Position numbers and translations under genes: made by a program. Positions 48,946 to 58,850 of a stretch of 64,000 nucleotides of DNA are shown here, in pieces. Numbering within the stretch: position 1 is the first letter of the stretch; each line of letters opens with the position of its first letter. Source of the stretch: an uncultured Sphingobacterium sp. Lineage in GTDB: Bacteria > Bacteroidota > Bacteroidia > SpSt-205. Where the stretch lies: NCBI GenBank assembly GCA_964489015.1, contig CAZAXD010000005.1:13521-77520 (forward strand). Reading direction: 5' to 3'. The notes below the pieces were generated by a model, which had not been told where the DNA came from, ran no database searches, and saw only the letters and a program-made list of their open reading frames with translations.

Positions 48946-50868
48946 GTGATACGTTTCCTCTTTGTAATAATAGCCTGGGCCCTGGCTCAGCCGCCCAGGG
49001 GCATCTCCAAGCGGGCGTACGAACTGTATAATCAGGCTATTCGCTCTATGCAGGCGCGGCGCATGGCAGAAGCGCGCAGCCTTTTAGAACAAGCTCTGCG
49101 GCTCGAGCCGCAGTACGAAGAGGCCTGGGTGCTATTAGGGCGGGTTGCGCTCTCGGAACGTGACCCGATAGGTCTTCTGGAGGCAGGTCAGGGGCTTTTG
49201 AGATTAGGCAAAGGTTCCCCAGAGGCTAAGCCCTGGGGATGGTACTTCCAAGGGAAGGCTTATCTCATCCAAGAGCGTTATGCAGATGCGGCAGCGATTT
49301 TAGATAGTACTGTTCGGCAGGGAGCCGGTATACTTCCCAAGCGGGTTTATGAGGAGGCGGCTCTGCTTCAGGTGCAGAGCCGACACGCAGCGCAGTTTCG
49401 GGCGAATCCCGTTCCGCTGCGCCTTGAAAATTTAGGTCCTGCGGTGAATAGCCCTTATGATGAGTATCTGCCGAGCCTAACAGCGGATGGTCGGCGATTG
49501 TATTTTACCTCTCGCCGCCCTAAGTCGGGGGTGCCAGTCAATCCGTTGCAGGGGCCCGATGAGGACCTGTATTGGTCTGAGCGGGAAGGAACGGACTGGC
49601 TAGCCTGCAAGCCGCTGGGCTCCCCTATCAATACCCCCCAAAACGAGGGGGCGGCCTTTTTTTCAGCTGATGGCCAATGGGCTTTTTTGACCCTTTGCGA
49701 CCGAAAGGACGGATTCGGTTCCTGTGATCTGTACTTCTCTCGTCTAGAGGGTGAAGAGTGGTTACCCCCTCAAAACTTAGGGCCTCTCGTGAATAGTCCT
49801 GAATGGGAGTCCCATCCGAGCCTAACACATGATCGCAGGCGCTTGTACTTTGCCTCCGGGCGAAAAGGGGGAGCAGGGGGGGCGGATATTTGGTACACGG
49901 AGTGGCGCGAGGGGGCCTGGCAGCCGCCTGTCAATCTCGGTCCTCCTATCAATACGCCCGGCAATGAGTATTCCCCCATGATCGCAGCCGATGGGCGCAC
50001 CCTTTACTTTGCCTCCGATTATCACCCAGGGCTAGGGGGCATGGATTTATTTGTAGCTTACCTTACGGATACAGGCTGGACCCAGCCACGAAACTTAGGT
50101 TATCCGCTCAATACGGCTGGAGACGAACAGACATTGTGTGTGGATGCAGCGGGGCAGATGGCGTATGTTGCGCTACAGCGGGCGGAGGGCCTAGGGCGAC
50201 TAGATATTTATCGCTTTCCACTCTGGCCGGAGGCTCGGCCGCAAGAGGTGGCTACTTATGTACGAGGTCTTGTTCGGGATAAAGCCTCGGCTAAGCCTTT
50301 AGAGGCCCGCATTTTCATCGTGGATCTGGCGCGGCGAGATACGGTGCGCAGCCTCTCCAGCAACAGGGTCTCTGGTGAATTTCTGACGTCTCTACCGCTG
50401 GGGCGGCGCTATGCGTTGTATGCTCAGGCGCCCGGTTATTTATTTTATAGTGGCCACTTTGACTTGACTCAGCTAGACACGGCCTATGAACTGGTGGTAG
50501 TTTTAGAGCGTCCCGTGCGCGGTAGTCAGCTCATGCTACAAAATATCTTTTTTGACTTTGATAAGGCGACCCTCAAGCCAGAGTCCGAGGTCGAGCTGCG
50601 GGAGGTCGTTAGATTGCTCTTAGCCTATCCTCGGGCTCGGGTAGAGATCCAGGGGCATACGGATAGTGTGGGCAGTGCCGCTTATAATCTGCAGCTCTCT
50701 CAGCGACGCGCGGAAGCCGTGCGCGACTTTCTGATTTCCCAAGGCATAGCGGCGGATCGTTTGACAGCGCGGGGTTACGGTCACACTCGTCCCATTGCCG
50801 ATAATCGCACAGAGGAAGGCCGGGCTCGCAACCGCCGTACCGAACTCGTTTTCTTAGAAGTACCTTAG
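48946..50868 (+). CDS. TPR - PD40 (WD40-like/TolB-type beta-propeller) - OmpA C-terminal domain protein
   Basis: GTG start at VIRFLFVIIAWALAQP. N-terminal TPR region. Repeated PD40 blades (INTPGNEYSPMIAADGRTLYFASD). C-terminal OmpA-like peptidoglycan-binding domain (LQNIFFDFDKATLKPES...GHTDSVGSAAYNLQLSQRRAEAVRDFL...GYG...NRRTE). Confidence 0.75.
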   Translation: MIRFLFVIIAWALAQPPRGISKRAYELYNQAIRSMQARRMAEARSLLEQALRLEPQYEEAWVLLGRVALSERDPIGLLEAGQGLLRLGKGSPEAKPWGWYFQGKAYLIQERYADAAAILDSTVRQGAGILPKRVYEEAALLQVQSRHAAQFRANPVPLRLENLGPAVNSPYDEYLPSLTADGRRLYFTSRRPKSGVPVNPLQGPDEDLYWSEREGTDWLACKPLGSPINTPQNEGAAFFSADGQWAFLTLCDRKDGFGSCDLYFSRLEGEEWLPPQNLGPLVNSPEWESHPSLTHDRRRLYFASGRKGGAGGADIWYTEWREGAWQPPVNLGPPINTPGNEYSPMIAADGRTLYFASDYHPGLGGMDLFVAYLTDTGWTQPRNLGYPLNTAGDEQTLCVDAAGQMAYVALQRAEGLGRLDIYRFPLWPEARPQEVATYVRGLVRDKASAKPLEARIFIVDLARRDTVRSLSSNRVSGEFLTSLPLGRRYALYAQAPGYLFYSGHFDLTQLDTAYELVVVLERPVRGSQLMLQNIFFDFDKATLKPESEVELREVVRLLLAYPRARVEIQGHTDSVGSAAYNLQLSQRRAEAVRDFLISQGIAADRLTARGYGHTRPIADNRTEEGRARNRRTELVFLEVP

Positions 50869-51377
50869 CTTAGACGCACATCTAAGGAATAGCGCGCTAG
50901 GGACTCATAAGTCGCGCCATCTGGCTTGAGGATTGACCGAAAAAGATGCGCTTCTGCAAAAGCCAGCGGTTGGGGGGCTGGCATGCGCAGGGAAAGCTGT
51001 TGGATAGGTCTGCGGGCGCGTGCTATCGTAATATGGGGACGGAACGATTTGGGGTTAGGCAAGCCGACTGCCTCGTGGAGTCTATCTGCTAGAGCGCGCA
51101 AGCGCAGGTCCTCCTCGAGCACTACCCAGAGGGTTCGATGCACCCAATGTAGAGAATGCGGGGTAAGCTGGTATGCCCTTTCGCCGTTGAGTATGGCCTC
51201 CAGTCGCGTACAAAGTTGGGGCACATCCTTTTCGGGATAGTCCCCTATAAAAAGTAGGGTTAGGTGCAGTTGGTCGGGGGGTATATAGCGGGTGCCGTTG
51301 GGCAAAGCTAACGGGTAAGCTTGTAGAATCCAGGCCCGACTAGCCAAGGTCGGAATCAGACCTAAGAAAATCCGCAT
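50865..51377 (-). CDS. thpR: RNA 2',3'-cyclic phosphodiesterase (2H phosphoesterase, LigT/ThpR family)
   Basis: Two H-x-T/S-x motifs are present (HLTLLF and HITIAR) in a 170-aa protein. Confidence 0.7.
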   Translation of the reverse strand: MRIFLGLIPTLASRAWILQAYPLALPNGTRYIPPDQLHLTLLFIGDYPEKDVPQLCTRLEAILNGERAYQLTPHSLHWVHRTLWVVLEEDLRLRALADRLHEAVGLPNPKSFRPHITIARARRPIQQLSLRMPAPQPLAFAEAHLFRSILKPDGATYESLARYSLDVRLS

Positions 51378-51488
51378 AACGCTTTAAGTAGATATGGCGC
51401 GTCCCTACCTATGCAAATATAGGCTTTCTTATCTGATCGATCGCGAGCGTTCAAGGTATAGTGAACGATTTTCCCTTATCTTTGACTT

Positions 51489-53753
51489 ATGCGGTGGATA
51501 TTAGTGGCCGGCTGGCTTTGGGCGCAAGGGGGGGTGGCGATTGGACAATGGGGGGCCTATTACTGCCCATTGTATGTGAAGCAGGTGGGGTATACGCCAG
51601 GGTACATTTGGGGATTGTCTTCGGAGGGCGTTTTTGTGGTAGAGGAGCAGACGAGGTCTTATCAAGAGCTTAGTAAAGCTCGCGGCCTTTATGCGAATGT
51701 GCCTAATGCCCTATATGCGGATCCGTACAGTGGGCAGATTTTTCTTGGTTATGGAGATGGCATGATTGAATACGGCGCCTCACCCCAATCCCTGGCGCGC
51801 CTCAGTGTCATAGCGTCCAATTCCTTTTTTAGCGCGAAGCGCATATGGGACTTTGCAGCTTTGAGAGACTCGCTTGCGATAGCGACAGATTTTGGAATTG
51901 TGATCTGGGATAAACGAAGGCGCCAGGTGGTTGCAAGTATCACGCAGTTCCCGGCTAAAGGTTTTGGTACGGCAGTTAGACGGGTGCTATGGGTTGAGGG
52001 TGCGTTGTGGGCCATAGCTGAAGAGGGGTTGTATCGATTGCCTTTAGGCGGCGCCTGGCTTGCTAGCTGGCAGAAAGTCAGTGGAAGTGGATATCGTCTG
52101 CCGGATACCCTATATGCGAGTTGGGCCTATACGCCTCACGGACTGTTGGTGGGGCTAAGGGACTCCTTATACCGTTGGAATGGGCAAGACTGGGAGCCGT
52201 TTAGGCCATCGGAATTCACATTTCGTGGCAGGGTACTGGCGTTATTTGGCAATGAAGAGGTCTGGGCTATTTCAACGGAGGCAGCGGCTGACACGTTTGC
52301 GTATTACATTACTAGGGATGGTCGTCTTCGGCGCTTGTGGAATCCTAGTGCTCCGACGCTCTGGTGCAGTTCGGATTTGCGTCTTTTGGTGCTAGGATCC
52401 GGTTGGGGAGCGGGCGCCACGATTGCTATAGGTGATGAGGTGGTAGGACTGGAGCAGTATGCGCGCTTACGCGATGCGCAAACTACACATGTGCATCCAA
52501 CTGCTAAGGGCCTCTGGTTTGTTCATGGTGGCTCTGGCTTTTGGGGAGTAAATTATGGGAATCACCTCACCTTTTATCCGCATGGTGCAATGGCAGGCCT
52601 TTTGGTCGCGCCTAATTACCTGTCTCTCGGTATAAATGCTTCTGGCTTTTTTACTATAGAGTCAGATGGAGAGGGCGTATGGTTAGGCGGACTGGGGGGG
52701 ATCGTGTATGTGTCTGAGTCTGATTCTAGGCAGTTGCGATACTTTGGATCTTCTAATGTACCGGTATGGGACGGTCTTTTTCCTGATAGCTTAGGCCGAC
52801 CTACGTATTTCTGTTTTTCTGCACTTCATCGGGATATGCGCGGCTACCTCTGGGTGGGGAAGCTCTGGGGGAATCGCAACCTAAGCCTGTACACGCCGCA
52901 GGGTCAATGGTTAGTCCTCCCTTATATGGACGGCAGCGTCTTACAAATCGTAGAGGATCGCCGAGGGTATAAATGGATTCTATACCGTGGAGGCCAGATT
53001 CGGGTTATCGATGACCGGGGTGATCCCGCCAACCCTGCGGGGTTTAGAACCGTTTTGCTAAATGCGGGGAGCGGTGCCTTAGCGGGTCTACCCGATCAAG
53101 AGATTCGCTGTATAGCTGCGGATCGAAATAATGCTATCTGGCTCGGGACCGAGCGCGGGGTGGCAGTTTTGTATGGAGATCCGTTTAGTGCGACCCTCAG
53201 CTTATCTCTACCGGTCGTTGATAACCGATACCTTTTGGAGGAGGAGGTTATCACGACCATTGCTGTCGATGGTCAAAATCGCAAATGGTTTGGCACCGTG
53301 GGCAGTGGCGTGTATGTCATCAGCCCCGAAGGAAACCGTCAGCTCGCTACTTTCAACGTGGAAAATAGCCCTCTTCCCGATAACTATGTCTATCAGATCA
53401 AACCATGGGATCTGACGGGGGAAGTTTTTCTAGTCACGGCGCAAGGCGTAGTGAGTTATCGAGATTGGGCCACCGAGCCGTCAGAGAGTCTGGATTCCCT
53501 TTACATATTCCCGAATCCGGTGGGACGAAATTTTGAGGGTCTAGTTGGGATTCGGGGGCTGTCAGAGGGCGCCACGGTACGGATCTTTACCGCAGATGGT
53601 CAGCTTATTCGTTATCTAATGGGATTTGGGGGCCAGGCCGTTTGGGATCTCAAGACCACGGATGGCCAGCGTGTCTCGCCGGGTATTTATCTGGTGGCTG
53701 CTCTGGATGCAGATGGACAGCGCAGTCGCATCGGGAAAATTGTTGTTTTCTAA
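51489..53753 (+). CDS. Secreted beta-propeller (two-component-regulator-propeller-like) protein with T9SS C-terminal sorting domain
   Basis: The signal peptide is MRWILVAGWLWAQG. About 650 aa are Trp/Gly-rich propeller-like repeats. The C-terminus is a T9SS CTD (ATVRIFTADGQLIRYL...SPGIYLVAALDADGQRSRIGKIVVF). Confidence 0.65.
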   Translation: MRWILVAGWLWAQGGVAIGQWGAYYCPLYVKQVGYTPGYIWGLSSEGVFVVEEQTRSYQELSKARGLYANVPNALYADPYSGQIFLGYGDGMIEYGASPQSLARLSVIASNSFFSAKRIWDFAALRDSLAIATDFGIVIWDKRRRQVVASITQFPAKGFGTAVRRVLWVEGALWAIAEEGLYRLPLGGAWLASWQKVSGSGYRLPDTLYASWAYTPHGLLVGLRDSLYRWNGQDWEPFRPSEFTFRGRVLALFGNEEVWAISTEAAADTFAYYITRDGRLRRLWNPSAPTLWCSSDLRLLVLGSGWGAGATIAIGDEVVGLEQYARLRDAQTTHVHPTAKGLWFVHGGSGFWGVNYGNHLTFYPHGAMAGLLVAPNYLSLGINASGFFTIESDGEGVWLGGLGGIVYVSESDSRQLRYFGSSNVPVWDGLFPDSLGRPTYFCFSALHRDMRGYLWVGKLWGNRNLSLYTPQGQWLVLPYMDGSVLQIVEDRRGYKWILYRGGQIRVIDDRGDPANPAGFRTVLLNAGSGALAGLPDQEIRCIAADRNNAIWLGTERGVAVLYGDPFSATLSLSLPVVDNRYLLEEEVITTIAVDGQNRKWFGTVGSGVYVISPEGNRQLATFNVENSPLPDNYVYQIKPWDLTGEVFLVTAQGVVSYRDWATEPSESLDSLYIFPNPVGRNFEGLVGIRGLSEGATVRIFTADGQLIRYLMGFGGQAVWDLKTTDGQRVSPGIYLVAALDADGQRSRIGKIVVF

Positions 53754-53755
53754 GC

Positions 53756-54268
53756 ATGCAGGTCGTTGTTTTGAGTGGCGCGCTAGCACGGAATGAAGTG
53801 TTTCACCGGCGGGTGCGCGGCCCGTTTCAGGGCGGTAAGCGCCTAATCTGGGCAACTGGTGCGGCCGAGTCGCTCTTATCTCGGCGTCTAAGTGCAGCGC
53901 TGTCAGAACAGGGTATCCCGAACCGCTGGTTGCCTCTTTACCAGCGTCCCGGCCTTTGGCAAGAGGTGCTGACTCGTCCCTGGCATGAGACGACCCTTGC
54001 GGCCTTTTTAGAGCCAGTCGATGTGCTGGTGCTTAGTGCGCCTCACGCGCACCTATATGAGTTATGGCGTCACCTTCAGCGTGAAGCCCTCATTCAAGAG
54101 ACTCGTTTTGTGGCGAGCTCTTTACGAAATCCACTTTTACAAGAGCAGCCGATGCTGCGTGAGTCGGCCGAGCTTTTGCATTGGGCTCAGGTACATGAAG
54201 AGCTTGAGCAGGACCTGGCGTATGCGCGCGAGTGGTTTCCTTGTCGTTTAACCGCTTACATCGCATGA
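53756..54268 (+). CDS. Hypothetical protein
   Basis: Start chosen at MQVVVLSGAL. No motif was recognised. The N-terminal part of the listed ORF (from 53642) overlaps the upstream gene. Confidence 0.3.
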   Translation: MQVVVLSGALARNEVFHRRVRGPFQGGKRLIWATGAAESLLSRRLSAALSEQGIPNRWLPLYQRPGLWQEVLTRPWHETTLAAFLEPVDVLVLSAPHAHLYELWRHLQREALIQETRFVASSLRNPLLQEQPMLRESAELLHWAQVHEELEQDLAYAREWFPCRLTAYIA

Positions 54269-54795
54269 CGCAGGTTGAGCAGAAGACCTCCTTTTTGGTT
54301 CTTAGACGTTTTCCTTTTCAGGAGAGAGGGACTTTAGCCCATGTGTATAGTCCCTCCATGGGGCGTTTAGCGGTAGTCGCCCGGGGCAAAGTTGCGCGGG
54401 GGCCGCTGCTTGCGGGAGCGCTTTTAGTAGGGCGGCTCTATTATCGACCGCATCGCGAGGTGCAGCAGCTCGTAGAAGCAGACTGGGAGGTCGTGTACCA
54501 GAGGCTCTGGTATGAAGCGCCGCGTACTCGTTGCCTCCTTGTAGCACTGGAACTGCTGGATAAGGTTTTAGTGGCCCCGGATTCGGACTTATTTGGTCTA
54601 GTGCGGTGGGGTTTATTGCAGCTTGATCAGGCGCCCTCTGTCGAAAGCGCCCTTCGGCTGGCTGCGGTTACCTGGCTCAAGGCCCTGGGGGGCGCCGGTC
54701 TGACGCCAGATGCATCCTGGTCGGCTATTCAGTGTGCTTATGAGCAGGTCGTGCCCGCTTGGCGTCCGCTCGAGTCGCTTAGGTTCTTAAGCTAA
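54265..54795 (+). CDS. recO: DNA repair protein RecO (short form)
   Basis: The N-terminal OB-fold pattern typical of RecO is present (SFLVLRRFPFQERGTLAHVYSPSMGRLAVVARG). Start chosen at MTQVEQ. It is shorter than E. coli RecO. Confidence 0.5.
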   Translation: MTQVEQKTSFLVLRRFPFQERGTLAHVYSPSMGRLAVVARGKVARGPLLAGALLVGRLYYRPHREVQQLVEADWEVVYQRLWYEAPRTRCLLVALELLDKVLVAPDSDLFGLVRWGLLQLDQAPSVESALRLAAVTWLKALGGAGLTPDASWSAIQCAYEQVVPAWRPLESLRFLS

Positions 54796-54807
54796 CTTTG
54801 TGCTTCT

Positions 54808-56745
54808 ATGTCCAGTGAAAACCTGATAGTGCCTCGTGCGCTGCTGGCTCAGGTAGAGACGCCTGAGGATTTGCGGCGCTTAGATCGGTCGCAGCTACCG
54901 CAGTTGGCTGCGGAACTGCGTGCGTTCTTGATTGAGCATGCCTCACAGTTTGGTGGACATTTTGGGGCCAGCTTAGGCGTGGTTGAGCTTACGGTGGTGC
55001 TTCATTATGTATACGATACGCCGCGCGACCTTCTGGTTTGGGATGTAGGCCATCAAGCCTATGGCCATAAGGTCTTGACAGGCCGCCGAAAAGTCTTTCA
55101 TACAAATCGACTCAAGGACGGGATAGCCGGTTTCCCTAAGCGAGACGAATCGATATACGACACCTTTGGCGTAGGCCATTCCTCTACCTCTATTTCAGCA
55201 GCGGTAGGTATGGTCGAAGCGCTCAAGCATCAAAACCAGATGGAGCGTAAAGTCGTGGCCGTGATTGGTGACGGGGCGCTCACTGCTGGCATGGCTTATG
55301 AGGGCCTTAACAACGCCGGTGCTCTGCATAGTGACCTGCTGATCATCCTAAATGACAATCAGATGTCTATCGACCCGAATGTTGGTGCTATTCGGGATTA
55401 CCTGGCGGGCCTCACGACTTCTAAAACCTACAATCGTTTGCGGGATGACATCTGGCGTTTTCTGACGAAACTGCAGGAGACCTTAGGGGTGAGCGTTCGG
55501 GACTATGTAGCCAGATTAGAGGAAATGCTATTGTTTTTCTTTTCGCGGCCGGCTGTATTCTTTGAGAGCCTGGGCCTTCGGTACTTTGGTCCGGTCAATG
55601 GTCATGATGTGCAGGGGCTCGTGGATATCTTGTCAGACCTTCGTCAGCTGCCAGGTCCTAAGGTCTTGCATGCGCGGACAGTGAAAGGAAAGGGCTTTGC
55701 TCCGGCAGAGGAGGACCAGGTCAAGTGGCATGCCCCGGCGTTTCGTTTTGATATCGAGACAGGAGAGCCCCTGGATCCGCCCACTTCCAAGCCCCAACCT
55801 CCTAAGTATCAAGATGTCTTTGGCGAAACGGTTATCGAGCTGGCCCTGCAAGACCCTCGTGTGGTGGCCGTAACGCCGGCCATGCTTTCGGGTTCGGGCC
55901 TTACTAAGATGCGACAACTCATGCCGGACCGTTGCTATGACGTGGGTATTGCCGAACAGCACGCCGTCACCTTTAGCGCAGGAATGGCCACCCAAGGCCT
56001 CAAGGTATTCTGTAATATCTACTCCACCTTTTTACAGCGGGCTTATGATCAGGTGATTCACGACGTGGCCATTCAAAACCTGCCTGTCATCTTTTGTTTG
56101 GACCGGGCTGGGGCTGTAGGGGCTGATGGGGCCACTCATCAGGGGCTCTACGATATTGCTTACCTGCGTCCTATCCCGAATCTTATTCTAAGCGCGCCGC
56201 TCAACGAAGCAGAGCTTCGCAATCTCATGTACACGGCGCTAAAGGCCGAACAGCCCTTCGTGATTCGGTACCCCCGCGGGAATGGCGTTCTCTTAGAGTG
56301 GCGCACCCCTCTGGAAGAGGTGCCGATTGGTCGGGGTCGCCTTCTGGTAGAGGGTGAAGCCGTAGCTATCTTGTCTTACGGGCATATTGGAAATGAAGTG
56401 GCCAAAGCCTTGGCTGAGCTTCAGGCGGCCGGCTACTATCCAGCCCATTACGATCTGCGCTTTGCCAAGCCCCTAGATGAAGCGCTGTTAGAAACCGTTG
56501 CCCAGAAGTATCGTTACCTCATCACCGTGGAGGACGGTGTGCGAATAGGAGGTGTAGGCTCGGCTGTGCTTGAGTGGCTCAGCGATCGAGGGTATACGGT
56601 GCCAGTCGTACGTTTAGGGGCCCCTGACCTTGTTATGGAGCATGCTACCCAGGCCCAGCAATATGCTTGGGCCGGTTATGACGCTGCTCACATCACACAA
56701 GTTGTCATCCAAACCTTCGAAAGACTCACTGCTCGTATTAGATGA
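54808..56745 (+). CDS. dxs: 1-deoxy-D-xylulose-5-phosphate synthase
   Basis: The thiamine-diphosphate motif is present (GDGALTAGMAYEGLNNAG). The N-terminal HxGHQ-type region is present (VGHQAYGHKVLTGRR). Transketolase-like pyrimidine and C-terminal domains are present. 645 aa. Confidence 0.9.
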   Translation: MSSENLIVPRALLAQVETPEDLRRLDRSQLPQLAAELRAFLIEHASQFGGHFGASLGVVELTVVLHYVYDTPRDLLVWDVGHQAYGHKVLTGRRKVFHTNRLKDGIAGFPKRDESIYDTFGVGHSSTSISAAVGMVEALKHQNQMERKVVAVIGDGALTAGMAYEGLNNAGALHSDLLIILNDNQMSIDPNVGAIRDYLAGLTTSKTYNRLRDDIWRFLTKLQETLGVSVRDYVARLEEMLLFFFSRPAVFFESLGLRYFGPVNGHDVQGLVDILSDLRQLPGPKVLHARTVKGKGFAPAEEDQVKWHAPAFRFDIETGEPLDPPTSKPQPPKYQDVFGETVIELALQDPRVVAVTPAMLSGSGLTKMRQLMPDRCYDVGIAEQHAVTFSAGMATQGLKVFCNIYSTFLQRAYDQVIHDVAIQNLPVIFCLDRAGAVGADGATHQGLYDIAYLRPIPNLILSAPLNEAELRNLMYTALKAEQPFVIRYPRGNGVLLEWRTPLEEVPIGRGRLLVEGEAVAILSYGHIGNEVAKALAELQAAGYYPAHYDLRFAKPLDEALLETVAQKYRYLITVEDGVRIGGVGSAVLEWLSDRGYTVPVVRLGAPDLVMEHATQAQQYAWAGYDAAHITQVVIQTFERLTARIR

Positions 56746-58025
56746 CCCTCCTCGTAACAAGCATATTCATTCTAGGTTATCTACTGATTGCTCTAGAGTA
56801 TCGTATCAATATTGATAAGGCGGCTACCGCTATCTTCATAGGAGTACTAAGCTGGCTAACGCTATTTATAGGCCATTTAGCTTTAGGTCAAAGTCTGGCC
56901 CCGCTCGAGGCAGGCCTCATGCATCATTTAGCGGAAGCGGCTTCTATACTCTTCTTTTTGCTCGGCGCTATGACGATAGTCGAGGTGATTGACTCCTATG
57001 ATGGATTTCGCTTTGTTCTGCGATTACTTCGAGTTAGGTCCTTATGGGGATTTTTGGTTTTAGCCACTACTTTGACTTTTTTCCTCTCGGCTACGATAGA
57101 TAACCTCACCACGACGCTCGTAATGGGCTCGATCTTGCAGCGCGTAATACCTGCTGAAAACCGAAATGTCCGACTACTGGCTTTGTCCCTTATCGTATTA
57201 GCCTCTAACGCAGGGGGCGCTTGGAGTCCTTTGGGCGATGTCACGACTACCATGCTCTGGATCAAAGGATGTATCACCGAAAAAAATATCATACTGAAAA
57301 TCTTTTTGCCCAGCTTGGTTTCAGTAGCTATCCCATTATTGATATTAGGCCGTCTTCTTCGAGGGGCTCAGTTAGAGATTCCTACGCAGGCGGACTCGGA
57401 ACTGCCGAAGCGTAGCAGCCTCGTGATCTTTCTGGTGGGATTAGGGGGCATTTTAGCCGTGCCTGCGATGAAGATTTTTCTAGGGCTACCCCCTTTCATG
57501 GGGATGCTTCTATCGATGGCAATAGTGTGGATGATAACAGAACTCTTTTATCAGCGGTTCAAAAGCACCATAGATGATCCCGCTCGGCTGCGAATCGATA
57601 GTGCCTTGCAGGTCATCGACACACCCAGCCTCCTCTTCTTCTTAGGTATTCTCTTGGCAGTCGGTGCCTTATCAGAGGTGGGTATACTAAGGGGCATGGC
57701 CAACTTTCTAATAAATAAGATTGGAAACATGGATGTAGTGATCTACATTTTAGGCCTGATCTCGGCTATCGTCGATAATGTGCCCTTAGTGGCGATTGTC
57801 ATAGAGATGTTTCCACTCAGCACCTTTCCGACCGATCACCGCATTTGGGAATTTTTGGCGTATTGTGTGGGGGTTGGGGGCAACCTCCTGATTATCGGTT
57901 CTGCAGCAGGCGTAGTCGCCATGGGTATAGAGAAGATCGAATTTTTCTGGTACCTTAAGCGTATTAGCTGGATAGCTTTCCTGAGCTATACGGCAGGAGC
58001 TCTTTTTTATGTGCTTTTAGTCTAG
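56742..58025 (+). CDS. ArsB/NhaD-superfamily permease (NhaD-type Na+/H+ antiporter-like)
   Basis: The 427-aa protein has about 11-12 TM helices and a duplicated architecture with conserved DN motifs (IDNLTTTL, VDNVPLVAIV). Confidence 0.55.
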   Translation: MTLLVTSIFILGYLLIALEYRINIDKAATAIFIGVLSWLTLFIGHLALGQSLAPLEAGLMHHLAEAASILFFLLGAMTIVEVIDSYDGFRFVLRLLRVRSLWGFLVLATTLTFFLSATIDNLTTTLVMGSILQRVIPAENRNVRLLALSLIVLASNAGGAWSPLGDVTTTMLWIKGCITEKNIILKIFLPSLVSVAIPLLILGRLLRGAQLEIPTQADSELPKRSSLVIFLVGLGGILAVPAMKIFLGLPPFMGMLLSMAIVWMITELFYQRFKSTIDDPARLRIDSALQVIDTPSLLFFLGILLAVGALSEVGILRGMANFLINKIGNMDVVIYILGLISAIVDNVPLVAIVIEMFPLSTFPTDHRIWEFLAYCVGVGGNLLIIGSAAGVVAMGIEKIEFFWYLKRISWIAFLSYTAGALFYVLLV

Positions 58026-58850
58026 CTGTGCTTTAATGGCTTCTGCCAATAGGTTCTGGATAGGCGACCGCCTAAAGTGGTAGGTCTTTTGGTGTGTGAT
58101 CGTTTCAATAGGGCAGAGGCCCTGGATGACATTGGTTGTAAAGACGGCTTGAGCGGAGGCCAAAAGGTCTGTAGTGATGGGGGTCTCGACGCAAGGGAGG
58201 CCGAGCGTTTGGGCAAGGGTTAGGATATTGCGGCGAAAGACGCCTGCCACGATTCCCTCGCTTAGAGGGGGGGTATAGAGCGTGTGCCCATCCCATAGAA
58301 AGAAATTCGCTCGGGCGGTTTCGGTATAGGTACCTGAAGCTGCTGTGAGCAGCGCATCCGAAAAGCCGTGCGCTTGAGCGTACGCGCTACTCTGCACGTA
58401 TCCTATAGCACTCAGGGTCTTGTAAGCACTCCACGGCGTAAGCAGGCTAAGGGCATGCGGGTACACAATGAGGTTTTGCGGGGGCCCTAGCGGGTAAGTC
58501 GTCGTAGGCGTTAGGGGGGAAACCTGAATCCAGACGCGGCTTTGGGGGGTAGGCGGGGTATAAGCTCCCTCGCCGAGGCGGGCAACGACGATTTTGATTC
58601 GGCTTTCCGGGAAGCGCCTAGCTAGGCGATGCACAGCTTGCCACACCTCGCTGTCGGGGCAGGGCGGTTTCAATCCCAGAGCCCTAAGCCCCACTGCTAA
58701 ACGCGCTTGATGATCAGCCGCAAAGCAAACGCATCCCTTTCGCACCCGCACTGTTTCAAAGAGCCCATCCCCAAAGATCAGACCCCGATGCGGCGGGCTA
58801 ACTTTTCGCCAAGAGCCTTTGATAGAGTGGGTCCACCACATGGGCAGCAA
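58017..58850 (-). CDS. Class IV aminotransferase-fold protein (aminodeoxychorismate lyase-like)
   Basis: The PabC/class-IV N-terminal pattern is present (GLIFGDGLFETVRV). The protein is about 270 aa. The start is uncertain. Confidence 0.5.
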   Translation of the reverse strand: MLPMWWTHSIKGSWRKVSPPHRGLIFGDGLFETVRVRKGCVCFAADHQARLAVGLRALGLKPPCPDSEVWQAVHRLARRFPESRIKIVVARLGEGAYTPPTPQSRVWIQVSPLTPTTTYPLGPPQNLIVYPHALSLLTPWSAYKTLSAIGYVQSSAYAQAHGFSDALLTAASGTYTETARANFFLWDGHTLYTPPLSEGIVAGVFRRNILTLAQTLGLPCVETPITTDLLASAQAVFTTNVIQGLCPIETITHQKTYHFRRSPIQNLLAEAIKAQLD

